From: Candidatus Omnitrophota bacterium
GTDB taxonomy: Bacteria; Omnitrophota; Gorgyraeia; JAZDFF01
Assembly: GCA_043808095.1 (NCBI GenBank)
Contig: JAZDFF010000040.1
Span: 1,908 to 65,907 of the forward strand
Direction: 5' to 3'
DNA: 64,000 nucleotides
A program made the translations under genes and the position numbers. Positions 34,001 to 43,033 of this stretch are shown in pieces. The stretch's first letter is position 1. Every line of letters starts with the position of its first letter. The notes beneath the pieces are model-generated. The model did not search any database, had not been told where the DNA came from, and worked only from the letters and a program-made list of their open reading frames with translations.

Positions 34001-36635
34001 GGTCAACCATAGAAGTTTCTAAACCTAGGGCATCAAAATTAATCTTGGTTGCGTCTTTCATTTTACGCACGGAAGTGCCGTCACTATTTAATACAAAGGT
34101 AGAATAATCACCTAAGGCAGTGGTAAAAACATCTTCGGTGGCAATATCTATACCATGTGGTCCGGCACCAACACTAATCCTTGTCAGGATTGAAAAATTA
34201 TCAATATCAATCACTGCTACGCGGCTTGCGTTTCCTTCAGTAACATAGGCGTATTTAGCGTCTGGGCTAAAGGCTAAGCCTATTGGACGCATAATATCCG
34301 GGATGGTTGCGATTACTTCATTGTTTATAGTATCTATAACAGAAACATTATTTGATGAAAAATTGGTTACTAAAACATATTTGTTATCCGGGCTAACTCC
34401 GGCGCTGAGCGGCTGTGAGCCCACGGCAATTGTTTTAATGACCTGCTGTGAAACCAAATCAATCACACTAACAGTATTGCTGGAATTATTCGGCACATAT
34501 AAGAACCTATCGTCATTTGTAATATCAATGACATTGGGATTATTGCCGGTATTTAAAGTGGCGATGACTTCCTTAGTCTGAGTATCAATTACTGAGACTG
34601 TATTACTGTTACGATTTGACACATAGAGCCTGCTTCCGTCGTGGCTATACACAGCGCCGCAGGGTCCGCTTCCCACGTTGATTGTCTGGGTAGGTTCAAA
34701 AGTAACCCCGTCAAGCAAACCCACCTTACCTGAGGCAAGGTCAGATACACATATCTCACCTGTGATAGGACTACTATTAATCCAGCAACTTTGCGATACA
34801 TTGGCATTAATAACTTTTTCTACCTTTTTGGTAGCCGTGTTAATTAAAGAGACATAGGGAGAATATACATGATTAATAAGCGCGTATTTACCGTCAGAAG
34901 TGACGCAAACTCCGTGAGGCGTTCCGCTGATAGGAATGGTGCTAATTACTTCATTCTCCTGGTAATCAATTACAGAGGAATTTCTGCTGGTCCAATTCCC
35001 GGTAAATGCTAGGGGTTGGGGATGTTGACGAATAATTATGGCTGAACCATCGCCCTCGGTCAGAAGAATTGCGCCATCCGGGGAGAAATGTAGGCGCTGT
35101 AAACCCTCTATGCTCCAGCCTGCACCAAAAGGAGAATCTTGCTGGCTGTTAATGGTAAGATACCCATTGACATTGCGTGTCATAGGCACTGGTTCAATAG
35201 TGAGCACGCCGGTATTAGCAATAGGTGCTCCCCCAAAATTAGCGGTGGTCCAATAAGTTGCATTCGTATAATCATTGGAGGCCTCTATGGTGTAAGGATA
35301 ACTTCCCGAGGTAAGTAGTTGGCCCAAAGCATCTTTTCCATCAAAAAGATAGGCGTATCTTACTTTGCCGCTTACTCCCTGATAGGTTGCCTGCGCTTGT
35401 CTACCAGCAATATCAACTTTAAAAGTAGTAGTGGCCGGAATATTGGTAGTAACCGGGTCTAAATCTGTCTCGATAGAGATAAAATTTGAAGGCTGAGCAG
35501 TCAAGGAAGTATAGACAAGTTTTAAGTCATAAGGCCTGCCTAATCGTTTGACTTGCGGCAGGGAATGTTCAAGAGTTAAACTGCCGGATTTAACGCCTAC
35601 ACCAGGGTCTTTTGCCTGCTGGGGTTGAATTTGCGCATCCTGGGTATTGTTTGCAGTCATATTTGATTTTCTATCCTGTGGCGGAGGTACTGCAGGTAGA
35701 TTCAAATCCCAGGGAGAAAAATGATTTATCTGGTATTCTAACCAAAGGCCATCTGCTGAGATATAACCCATAAGACCTGTGTCTTGCCATTGCCCGGTCT
35801 CTTCATTAAAGATACCCGCAGGGATAGGTATGCCGGCAGCAAAGCCGAGGGTATTGGCAACTCTCATAGTTACGGGCTGATTAAAGGTTGCGCCATCTGG
35901 TTGTAAGTCAACTGCATAGGTAAAGAAGGTAGTAGAAGGCAGTTCATCAGGAAGCGCCTGGGATTTTTCGTATTTGGTTGAGACCACATTGATCGGTTCA
36001 GTTACCGCACCTTCTGGAAAGATTAGTTGAATCTGACCTGTAGAGTTAATGTGCGTTCCACCGGAAGGAGTAATCTGAGTAACAACGGAGTCTTGAGGAG
36101 TTAAATATACAGGATTAACTGCAGAATGACGGCCAGTAACTACTTTTACTTGTCGTTGGCAACTGGTAAAGGAGGTTTTTTCAATCTTTATACTTGTAGT
36201 AAATTCATTAGAGCTAGGTGAGAGCTTTTCGATAGTTATAGAGAATCTTCCCTGGCTATCAGAGTAGGCCTGTTCGACCTGGTCAGGGGAGGTAATCAGG
36301 GCATCTTGTAGGGGAAGTTCGGTTGAGGCATCATAGACTATCCCATCCACAAAACCCCTCTTATAATAAGGCCGGCAAGGAGAGGGACCGTTTTTAAAGA
36401 GATAATTTATTAGATACACTACGTCCCCAACATCTACTTTGCCGTCTATATTAACATCGCCAGATTCTAATGGCGCAGGAGCAGGACCATTCTTAAAGAG
36501 ATAATTTACCAGATAGACTACGTCCCCAACATCTACCTTACCATCAGCGTTAGCATCACCGCAGACCCAGGCCCAGGATGGTTGAGCAACTAACAAAATT
36601 AACGCTATCCCCAAAAATAAGATACGCCTTTTCAT
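31071..36635 (-). CDS. Rhs/YD-repeat polymorphic-toxin-family protein (1854 aa).
   Basis: Domain order: signal peptide, two dockerin-like Ca-binding repeats (GDANADGKVDVGDVVYL x2), a carboxypeptidase-regulatory-like domain, tandem YVTN beta-propeller repeats, about 50 YD repeats, and an Rhs-core end (..YVDPYGN) followed by a roughly 100-aa hydrophobic C-terminal tip. Confidence 0.85.
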   Translation of the reverse strand: MKRRILFLGIALILLVAQPSWAWVCGDANADGKVDVGDVVYLVNYLFKNGPAPAPLESGDVNIDGKVDVGDVVYLINYLFKNGPSPCRPYYKRGFVDGIVYDASTELPLQDALITSPDQVEQAYSDSQGRFSITIEKLSPSSNEFTTSIKIEKTSFTSCQRQVKVVTGRHSAVNPVYLTPQDSVVTQITPSGGTHINSTGQIQLIFPEGAVTEPINVVSTKYEKSQALPDELPSTTFFTYAVDLQPDGATFNQPVTMRVANTLGFAAGIPIPAGIFNEETGQWQDTGLMGYISADGLWLEYQINHFSPWDLNLPAVPPPQDRKSNMTANNTQDAQIQPQQAKDPGVGVKSGSLTLEHSLPQVKRLGRPYDLKLVYTSLTAQPSNFISIETDLDPVTTNIPATTTFKVDIAGRQAQATYQGVSGKVRYAYLFDGKDALGQLLTSGSYPYTIEASNDYTNATYWTTANFGGAPIANTGVLTIEPVPMTRNVNGYLTINSQQDSPFGAGWSIEGLQRLHFSPDGAILLTEGDGSAIIIRQHPQPLAFTGNWTSRNSSVIDYQENEVISTIPISGTPHGVCVTSDGKYALINHVYSPYVSLINTATKKVEKVINANVSQSCWINSSPITGEICVSDLASGKVGLLDGVTFEPTQTINVGSGPCGAVYSHDGSRLYVSNRNSNTVSVIDTQTKEVIATLNTGNNPNVIDITNDDRFLYVPNNSSNTVSVIDLVSQQVIKTIAVGSQPLSAGVSPDNKYVLVTNFSSNNVSVIDTINNEVIATIPDIMRPIGLAFSPDAKYAYVTEGNASRVAVIDIDNFSILTRISVGAGPHGIDIATEDVFTTALGDYSTFVLNSDGTSVRKMKDATKINFDALGLETSMVDRNGNTTQYIYIDANSDGRAEEISEIILPAGGKYEFIYNTSGKLQSIKDPAGRITQFNIDASGDLSGITNPDTTTKAFTYNSHFLTAATNERNLTTQYQYDNYGRVNRMLFPNSPQEIIQFFPSEVQGLINDLAPGVGTPQNPAPVVRPADIVETIIDGKGYTTTSQTSKFGSYAKIIDALNQTTTIERDVNNNPTKITRPNSSTVTMTYDAKGNLRTSTENAISATTTFTYEPNFNQVSSILDPESNLTDIDYDTKGNPIQITDALGNITKMEYNSPYSLLSKIISGFGTPLQNETNFTYDPVTENLLTITDPLSHTTTLAYDNAGNITSSTDADNNTTTFEYDSMNRLKKVVDADNKTTQYQYDEAGSLKKIIDSKLHETNFTYDEINQLKTIANPLTKTKTFSYDLNRNLGTVIDFKGQTISFTYDQINRLTNKSGPGLNVTNGYDSVNNLTSVTNPDSGLTMNYDLAGRLTQATTANLGHQPATTISYTYDKNSNRLTLTDPQSVVTKYIYDDLNRLIDIKTAADQLISHFGYDQLSRRTALILANNTQTAYGYDLASRLLSMVTSLNPKSHNKLVSGILHLESKDTQSTLDSYTYTYDSVGNREEMTDLTGLHDYGYDDLYRLTQATHPTFPTEDYTYDPVGNRNPASFVYDVANRLVDDGTYTYIYDDNGNLITKTNKSNPSDVTTYGYNVENQLISIDYGPSTIDYIYDGLGRRIEKNVNEVITRYVYDNEDILAEYDVTNTLTAKYLHGPGIDEPLRMERGGQLYYYHVDGLGSITALTDNTGAVVRTYTYDSFGNIVNQTGTLSNPFTYTGREFDSETGLYYYRARYYDARIGRFLQEDSFKGFLTNSLTLNLYPYVLNNPVIYVDPYGNVMCMPPWIIVGTTMALSEPTQFGKVAIIAAVGGYALYQAIKGPSPEPYPGAGKGKRTGYYKIPPTIPATHNPIPPLPPDKWKKLIDDIAEWLSHVFGI

Positions 36636-36643
36636 TGATTAAC

Positions 36644-38029
36644 TTACCTTTTTGATTTTAATCTTTTGCTGGTTAGCCGGGAAATCTTTTTCTTTAAGAC
36701 CCTTGCCGGAACGCCTACTACAACCGAATAATCTTTAACATTACAACCGGCAGTCACTACGCTTCCTGCTCCGGTTACTGCTTTTTTCCCGACTTTTACC
36801 GGTGCAACTAAAACCGTATCCGAGCCGATAAAAGCGCCTTTTCCGATTTTAGTTACATTTTTCTTACGGCCGTCGTAATTTGCGGTAACAGTGCCTGCCC
36901 CGATGTTAACACTATCTCCTACCTTGGCGTCGCCAAGATAGCTGAAATGCCTTACCTTAGTAAACCTGCCGACTCGCGTGCGGTTCAGTTCCGTAAAATT
37001 TCCGATTGAGGCATCATCTTCTAAGACCGTGCCCGGCCGGAGATGGCTAAAAGGCCCGACGGAACAACGGCGACCGATAACTACATCGTGCTCTATAAAG
37101 GTATAGGGATAAATTACAGAATTCCCGCCAATCTTCACATTCGGATAAATATATGTATTATTGGGGTCTAAGATGTTTACGCCTTTTTCTATAAACCCAA
37201 CCAAAATTCTGCGGCGGATTATATCAGAGGCCTTGTTTAAATCTTCTCTCGTATTAACACCTTGGGCCTGGGTATCGTCTTCTATCCTTAACGCCTGGAT
37301 GTGATAACCCTGACTGTCAAGGCACTCGATTATATCCGTAAGATAATATTCCTTTTTCTGCTCGTTAAGTTTAATATGGCCCAGATTGGAAAATAAGACG
37401 TCCTTCTTAAAGCAGTATACGCCTGTGTTTATCTCGTTTATGCGTTTTTGTTCCGGCGAAGCGTCTTTCTCTTCGACGATCTTTTTGACATCATTATTTT
37501 TGTCTCTGATAATCCTACCGTAACCGGCAGGGTCACCAACCAAGGCAGTCAATAACGTGCAAGCGGCTCTGGTATTAGAGTGGACTTCAATAAGCGAAAA
37601 TAAAGTTTCTTTCCTTATCAGAGGATGGTCTCCGTAGAAGATTAGCACATCCGAAGCATCCTTCTTAAAAAGTCCGGCCGTCGCTTTTATAGCATCAGCT
37701 GTACCTAAAAGCCTCCTCTGAAGGCAAAGCCTTATATCTTTTTTCTTTTGATAATTTTTAATAAATACTTTAACTAAATCTTTTTTATAACCGATAACAA
37801 GAATAATCCTTTTTAATTTGCGGGTGGCGCTTAACAGGTCCAGGATATAGCCTAACATAGGCTTGCCAAAAATAGGCTGAAGGACCTTCGGGATTCCGGA
37901 TTTAAGTCTTGTGCTTTTGCCTGCTGCTAAAACAATTGCATCTAGATCTTGCATTTTAAAAACCTGATACCTAAGAGTTGATTTGTATATTTTAAAAAGT
38001 TGCCCGGTCTGGACTCTTAATGAGACCAC
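36644..38029 (-). CDS. glmU: Bifunctional GlcNAc-1-P uridyltransferase / GlcN-1-P acetyltransferase GlmU.
   Basis: It has an N-terminal nucleotidyltransferase domain (LAAGKSTRLKSGIPKVL) and a C-terminal hexapeptide acetyltransferase domain. The true start is probably the internal MQDLDAIV (about 37954), because the annotated N-terminus overlaps the family-A UTR repeat. Confidence 0.88.
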   Translation of the reverse strand: MVSLRVQTGQLFKIYKSTLRYQVFKMQDLDAIVLAAGKSTRLKSGIPKVLQPIFGKPMLGYILDLLSATRKLKRIILVIGYKKDLVKVFIKNYQKKKDIRLCLQRRLLGTADAIKATAGLFKKDASDVLIFYGDHPLIRKETLFSLIEVHSNTRAACTLLTALVGDPAGYGRIIRDKNNDVKKIVEEKDASPEQKRINEINTGVYCFKKDVLFSNLGHIKLNEQKKEYYLTDIIECLDSQGYHIQALRIEDDTQAQGVNTREDLNKASDIIRRRILVGFIEKGVNILDPNNTYIYPNVKIGGNSVIYPYTFIEHDVVIGRRCSVGPFSHLRPGTVLEDDASIGNFTELNRTRVGRFTKVRHFSYLGDAKVGDSVNIGAGTVTANYDGRKKNVTKIGKGAFIGSDTVLVAPVKVGKKAVTGAGSVVTAGCNVKDYSVVVGVPARVLKKKISRLTSKRLKSKR

Positions 38030-38141
38030 AACTTACGGAGCGTTAACGAACGTAAGTTGTCTGGTCGAATTAATCCCGAGTCCGCCATTGATTCAGTGGC
38101 GGACGAGGGAGAACCAGAACATTTATTTATGGTAAATTTAG

Positions 38142-38213
38142 TTGCCCGGTCTGGACTCGAACCAGAAAAGCGAGACCCAAATTCTCGTGTGTTACCAATT
38201 ACACTACCGGGCA
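38142..38213 (-). tRNA. tRNA-Gln(UUG).
   Basis: Reverse complement: TGCCCGG TA GTGT AATTGGTA ACAC A CGAGA ATTTGGG TCTCG CTTT TCTGG TTCGAGT CCAGA CCGGGCA A. The U1:A72 pair is typical of bacterial tRNA-Gln. Confidence 0.82.
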
Positions 38214-38225
38214 ATAATTTATATA

Positions 38226-38645
38226 TTAATAGCCCGGCTCTCCTAGGTCTTGCGAAGAAGAGACGCTAACTTTAGACTTATCTTTTTCATAGGCCTCCAG
38301 AACCTTTTTCTGCAAGACTTCTCTGAAGGTCTGAGTAATGGGATGGCAGATATCTTTATGCTCTGACTGCGCTGTCTGATTATCGCTTGAAACTGGCCTT
38401 GGGATTACAGGAAGCTGAGCTGCGCACTGGTTACAGAATTTGCTATGCAGTTCATTGCGGAACCCGCATTTAGGGCAAGGCGTCTTTAATCTCCTTGACG
38501 GCATAGCAATAAAAAGACCGCTGTTTCCCTGAATTACCTTGATGTTTCTTACCACAAAGGCGTTATCGAAAGTCACAGTTGCATAAGCTTTTAGTTTTTT
38601 ATCCGGACTTTCCTTCAAAAAAATCCTAACCTCAGTTATCTCCAT
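38226..38645 (-). CDS. spoVG: SpoVG-family protein with a C-terminal zinc-ribbon extension.
   Basis: It has the SpoVG N-terminal block MEITEVRI..KAYATVTFDNAFVVRNIKVIQGNSGLFIAMPS, followed by a CPKCG..CNQC ribbon. Confidence 0.85.
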   Translation of the reverse strand: MEITEVRIFLKESPDKKLKAYATVTFDNAFVVRNIKVIQGNSGLFIAMPSRRLKTPCPKCGFRNELHSKFCNQCAAQLPVIPRPVSSDNQTAQSEHKDICHPITQTFREVLQKKVLEAYEKDKSKVSVSSSQDLGEPGY

Positions 38646-38755
38646 GGCTAGCCCTCCTTATCCAAACCAAACGCAAATCTTGCTTCCTTCGCTTAACCCA
38701 ATAAACAATCCTCAAGCGAAGTCGAAGGATCTCATTTGTTGACAAAGATTTAGCG

Positions 38756-39706
38756 CTACCTAGTCTTTACCACATACGTCTGCCAATCCTTCTTCTGGTT
38801 AAGTACTGCTTGGTACTTCTCGGCCTCCTTTCTTGACTTCAGTATGGCATAAACTGCTGCGCCGCTTCCTGACATGCAGGCGGTATTTATGCCTAAATTT
38901 CGCAAATAATCCTTAATTTGGCCAACTTCAGGGAATTTTTCTAACGTTTCCGTCTCCAGGCTGTTATGGATATACCTAGGAAGGCCGCTAAAGTCTCTAT
39001 CCTTTAAGACACGGACTAGCATTTTAACATCTTTATTGCTATCTGTCAATCCTTCGGTTTTGTCCGGGATGGATTTGAAGTTTAGACCCTGGTAAATGGA
39101 TTTAGTGGAAACCGAAACCGAAGGAACCACCAGGAGATGCCAAAACCTACCTATGCCTCTTAAAGGCTTTATTTCATCTCCCCGGCCCCTTCCCAGGCCA
39201 AACCTATAGCCTAAGACAAAAAAAGCCACATCTGAGCCTAATATTCGTGCGTATTTTAAAAGCTGTTTTCTGCTTAATCTTAAACCCAAAAGCTGATTTA
39301 GGCCTAATAATGTGGCTGCGGCATTACTCGAGCCCCCTGCCAGGCCGCTACCTACGGGTATATTTTTCTTTATCTGGATATCAACGCCGGCTTTGAGACT
39401 AAAATCTTTCTTTAAGATTTCCGCTGCCTGAAAGGCCAGGTTTCTTGCACCTTGCGGCACAGCCTTATCAAGGCAACTGACCCGGATAAGCCCTGAAGAA
39501 TTTAGTTTAAGGCCGACCTCGTCGCAAAGGTCAATTCTTTCAAAGACGGTTTCAATATCATGAAATCCGTCTGCCCTTTTAGCTAATACATTCAGGTAAA
39601 GGTTTAATTTGGCGCAAGATGCGAGGACCAATTTCTTCATAAACGCTAAATCGCCTGCCTGACGGTGAAGCAGGCAGGGCATTTGGCGGTTTTGCGGTAT
39701 AGCCAA
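38756..39706 (-). CDS. ispE: 4-diphosphocytidyl-2C-methyl-D-erythritol kinase.
   Basis: It has the GHMP kinase motif PVGSGLAGGSSNAAA. The neighbourhood is the conserved ispE-spoVG-glmU-prs-ctc-pth arrangement. Confidence 0.88.
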   Translation of the reverse strand: MAIPQNRQMPCLLHRQAGDLAFMKKLVLASCAKLNLYLNVLAKRADGFHDIETVFERIDLCDEVGLKLNSSGLIRVSCLDKAVPQGARNLAFQAAEILKKDFSLKAGVDIQIKKNIPVGSGLAGGSSNAAATLLGLNQLLGLRLSRKQLLKYARILGSDVAFFVLGYRFGLGRGRGDEIKPLRGIGRFWHLLVVPSVSVSTKSIYQGLNFKSIPDKTEGLTDSNKDVKMLVRVLKDRDFSGLPRYIHNSLETETLEKFPEVGQIKDYLRNLGINTACMSGSGAAVYAILKSRKEAEKYQAVLNQKKDWQTYVVKTR

Positions 39707-39710
39707 GTTT

Positions 39711-40643
39711 TCATTTCTTATCTAATATCTTCTTTGCCTGCTTTACGATATCACCAGCAGTAAGATTATATTCCTTTAACAGCTCCTCGCACTCTCCGGA
39801 CTGGCCAAATCTATTTCTTACCCCTATCCTCTCAACCCGAGTAGGAAAATTTTCTAAGACTACATCGTCCACTGCCGAGGCAAGACCTCCAATAATCATG
39901 TGCTCTTCGCAAACTACAATACCTTTAGTCTGGCGAGTGGCATCAACAATGGCCGCTGTATCCAGTGGTTTTATAGTATGCATATTAATAACTCGGCAAG
40001 ATACGCCTTCTTTTTTAAGGATGGATGCGGCATCCAACGCTTCTTTTACCATGATGCCGCAGGCAACTATAGTTATATCCCTGCCATCTTCTAAAATATC
40101 AGCATGACCTAATTTAAAAGGACTCTTTCTTTCTATTGTAGGGACCTTGGGCCTGCCCAGGCGCACATAAACAGGACCGGGGTGTTTTACTGCGGCCATT
40201 ATGGCATCCTTGGTTTGGGGTCCATCGCAAGGCACAATTATTGTCATATTCGCAATTACCCGCATAATGGCAATATCCTCAATCGCATGATGACTTGAAC
40301 CATCGGGCCCGACAGTAATGCCCGCATGCGAGGCCACGATTTTGATATTAAAATTATTGAAACAGACGGTGTTTCGGATCTGCTCCCAGGCCCTGCCTGT
40401 GGCAAATATGGCAAAGGTTGAACAAAATACGGTCTTACCGCAACTAGCCAAACCTGCTGCCGCAGCCATCATGTTCTGTTCGGCGATACCAAAATTAAAA
40501 AATCTATCGGGAAATTCTTTGGCAAAAAGACTTGTGCGGGTTGAACTGGATAGATCCGCATCCAAGACTACAATGTCTTTATTTTCTTTGCCTAATTCAA
40601 CTAAGGTCTTACCGTAAATATCGCGCTGATATAGTAATTCCAT
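39711..40643 (-). CDS. Transketolase, C-terminal (pyrimidine-binding) subunit.
   Basis: It matches the split-transketolase B-subunit family. Confidence 0.88.
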   Translation of the reverse strand: MELLYQRDIYGKTLVELGKENKDIVVLDADLSSSTRTSLFAKEFPDRFFNFGIAEQNMMAAAAGLASCGKTVFCSTFAIFATGRAWEQIRNTVCFNNFNIKIVASHAGITVGPDGSSHHAIEDIAIMRVIANMTIIVPCDGPQTKDAIMAAVKHPGPVYVRLGRPKVPTIERKSPFKLGHADILEDGRDITIVACGIMVKEALDAASILKKEGVSCRVINMHTIKPLDTAAIVDATRQTKGIVVCEEHMIIGGLASAVDDVVLENFPTRVERIGVRNRFGQSGECEELLKEYNLTAGDIVKQAKKILDKK

Positions 40644-40789
40644 GGTTAAATTGCTATATTGTTAAATTGTTATACTGCTATCAATTTGACAATTTTCCCG
40701 CCCATCAATTTAATTACGTGACGGGATCCCGCCACTTTTTATAAAACTGTTTAGGCGGGAAACAGTTTGACAGTTTAACAATTTAAAAG

Positions 40790-41611
40790 TTACTCTAGTT
40801 CTTTAAGCGCCCTTTGGGCCTCTTCGGCAGTCGGTGCCCTGCCGTGAAAGTCTACTACATGCTCCATAAAAGAAACGCCTTTACCTTTTACCGTATGGGC
40901 AATTATGATCGTTGGTTTATCCTTAATCGTCTTGGCCTGGCTAAAGGCATCAAGGATCTGGGCGATATTATGTCCGTCTATCTCAATGGTATACCAGCCA
41001 AAGGCCTTCCATTTTTCCACTACCGGCTCAATATCCATAATGTCCTGGATTTTTCCGTCTATCTGGAAGCCATTGTAATCGAGCATAGCGCAAAGGTTAT
41101 CGCATTTAAAATGGGCTGCGGCCATGGCTGCCTCCCAGATATTGCCCTCTTGAATTTCCCCGTCTCCCATCAGACAATAAATATGGTAGTCCTTTTTATC
41201 GATTTTGGCAGCCAGACTCATCCCCAGCGCCACTGACAGACCCTGGCCTAAAGAACCGCTTGCTACATCTACTCCGCAAACGCCTCTGTCCGGATGACCT
41301 TGTAAGATACTGCCGAGTTTCCTTAAGGTCAGAAGTTCTTCTTTTTTGAAATATCCGCTCTCAGCTAAGACTGCATACCAGAGCGGACAACAATGTCCTT
41401 TAGAAAGATGAAACCTATCCCGGTCTGGCCAATCCGGTTTTTTCGGATCATGGCGCAATACCTTAAAATATAAGCAAGTAATTAAATCTGTAGCAGAAAG
41501 AGACCCGCCCGGATGACCAGAGCGAGCCTCGGCTAACATCTGGATAATCAGCCGGCGGATCTGTTTGGCTTTTGCCTCTAATAACTTGATGTCTTCTTTG
41601 GTATAACTCAT
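40790..41611 (-). CDS. Transketolase, N-terminal (TPP-binding) subunit.
   Basis: It has the TPP-binding motif GDGE..N and the HPGGSLS block. Confidence 0.88.
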   Translation of the reverse strand: MSYTKEDIKLLEAKAKQIRRLIIQMLAEARSGHPGGSLSATDLITCLYFKVLRHDPKKPDWPDRDRFHLSKGHCCPLWYAVLAESGYFKKEELLTLRKLGSILQGHPDRGVCGVDVASGSLGQGLSVALGMSLAAKIDKKDYHIYCLMGDGEIQEGNIWEAAMAAAHFKCDNLCAMLDYNGFQIDGKIQDIMDIEPVVEKWKAFGWYTIEIDGHNIAQILDAFSQAKTIKDKPTIIIAHTVKGKGVSFMEHVVDFHGRAPTAEEAQRALKELE

Positions 41612-41824
41612 TTTATTTACTGATAATTATTCTCAAACGCGAATTTTCGCCAATCAAACGCAAATAGTCGCTAATTTTATTCGCGACCATTAGCGTTCCC
41701 GCCACAAAGATTGGCGGGTCCGCCTCCGCCATAATAATTGGCGGATGCGCCAATATTTGTGGTGCAAAAGAATTGTGGCGGAAGATTCGCGACCATTAGC
41801 GTTAAGAAGATTTTTTCAAAGTAT

Positions 41825-42799
41825 TTATTTTAACTTTTCTATCTTCTCTTTTACTTTATCTTGTTCCGCATCTAATTCTAAAGATTTCTTCCAGCTTTCT
41901 TTGGCCAGGTCCTTGGAATTCAGCTTCAAATACGTATCGCCCAGATGGTCTAAGATAACCGGGTCCTTGACTAAATCCGTGGCCTTTTTAAGTTGTATTA
42001 GCGCCTCATTAAACATCCCTTTTTTATAGAGGGCCCAGCCCAAACTATCTATAAAGGCACCGTTTTGGGGATCTATCGCCAGGGCCTGGTCTATTAAATC
42101 AATCGCCTCATCCAGGTTAATTCCATTTTCTGCGTAAAGATAGCCGAGTGAATTTAAGGCATCGGAATGCTGAGGATTCAGCTCAATTGCCTTTTTTAGA
42201 TTTTTAATCGCCTCGCTGCGCTTGGCTTGTTCTTCATATAAAAACCCAAGATAAAAATAGGCATCGCTGCTTTTGGGGTCAATTTCCAGGATAAATTTAT
42301 ATTGATTAATGGCCATATCAAGTTTTTTCTGATAATAGTATAACTGTCCAAGCGAATGGTAGATCTGCAGGTTTTTAGGGTCTAATTTATTGGCCTTTTT
42401 TAAGACCTCTTCATATTGGCTGGCTGCTTCGTCGAACCTCTTTAAAGAAGCATAAAGGAGGGCAAGTAAAACTCTTGGCTCAATAGCATTGGGGTTAGAA
42501 TTTATTGTCTGTTTTAACTGAGTAATTGCCTGTTCGTACTTTTCTAGCCTGATGTAATCAACTGCCAGTCTTAAACTGATTGAAATAGCTTCGGCATCAA
42601 AGTTGCTGGCCTTTTTATATTCTTCTATGGCCGATTCTAAATCATCGGTTTGCTCATATAAAAGGCCCATCATATAATGGGCAAAGGCCCGGGAATCCTT
42701 TTTTGACTCAGGAGAAGCTTGAGCGCAACCGGTGAAGACAAAAAATATTGTAGCTATGATCCCTAATATAGGCAGGAATCGTCGTAGATTCGATGTCAT
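41825..42799 (-). CDS. TPR-repeat lipoprotein.
   Basis: It has a signal peptide with a lipobox-like Cys (FTGCAQA) followed by tandem TPR repeats. Confidence 0.75.
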   Translation of the reverse strand: MTSNLRRFLPILGIIATIFFVFTGCAQASPESKKDSRAFAHYMMGLLYEQTDDLESAIEEYKKASNFDAEAISISLRLAVDYIRLEKYEQAITQLKQTINSNPNAIEPRVLLALLYASLKRFDEAASQYEEVLKKANKLDPKNLQIYHSLGQLYYYQKKLDMAINQYKFILEIDPKSSDAYFYLGFLYEEQAKRSEAIKNLKKAIELNPQHSDALNSLGYLYAENGINLDEAIDLIDQALAIDPQNGAFIDSLGWALYKKGMFNEALIQLKKATDLVKDPVILDHLGDTYLKLNSKDLAKESWKKSLELDAEQDKVKEKIEKLK

Positions 42800-43033
42800 G
42801 ATTTATTTCTTGCTAAAGACGGATAGGACTTTAACCCCAGGCCCTCTTCTTGAGATGTCTGCGAAGTCTTCGCATCTTTTTTCTCTTGTGGGTGCGGATC
42901 TTTCTTCTTTTTCTTTTTCTACCGCAAGGCATTTTCCCCTCACTCCTTCGTCGTTCGGGAGTAACCAGATAACAGTCTCCAGTAACCTGATTAAATTAAT
43001 TTTTCTGGTTTCTGTAAACTGGTTTCTGGTTAC

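Noticed and set aside
36644-38029. The GlmU N-terminal 25 residues (MVSLRVQTGQLFKIYKSTLRYQVFK).
   Set aside because: This extension is encoded by the family-A UTR repeat, and a canonical start (MQDLDAIVLAAGK) follows. The extension is probably not translated.
38017-38269. The ORFs 38017..38214 (-) and 38057..38269 (+).
   Set aside because: They overlap tRNA-Gln(UUG) and the family-A repeat, so they are non-coding.
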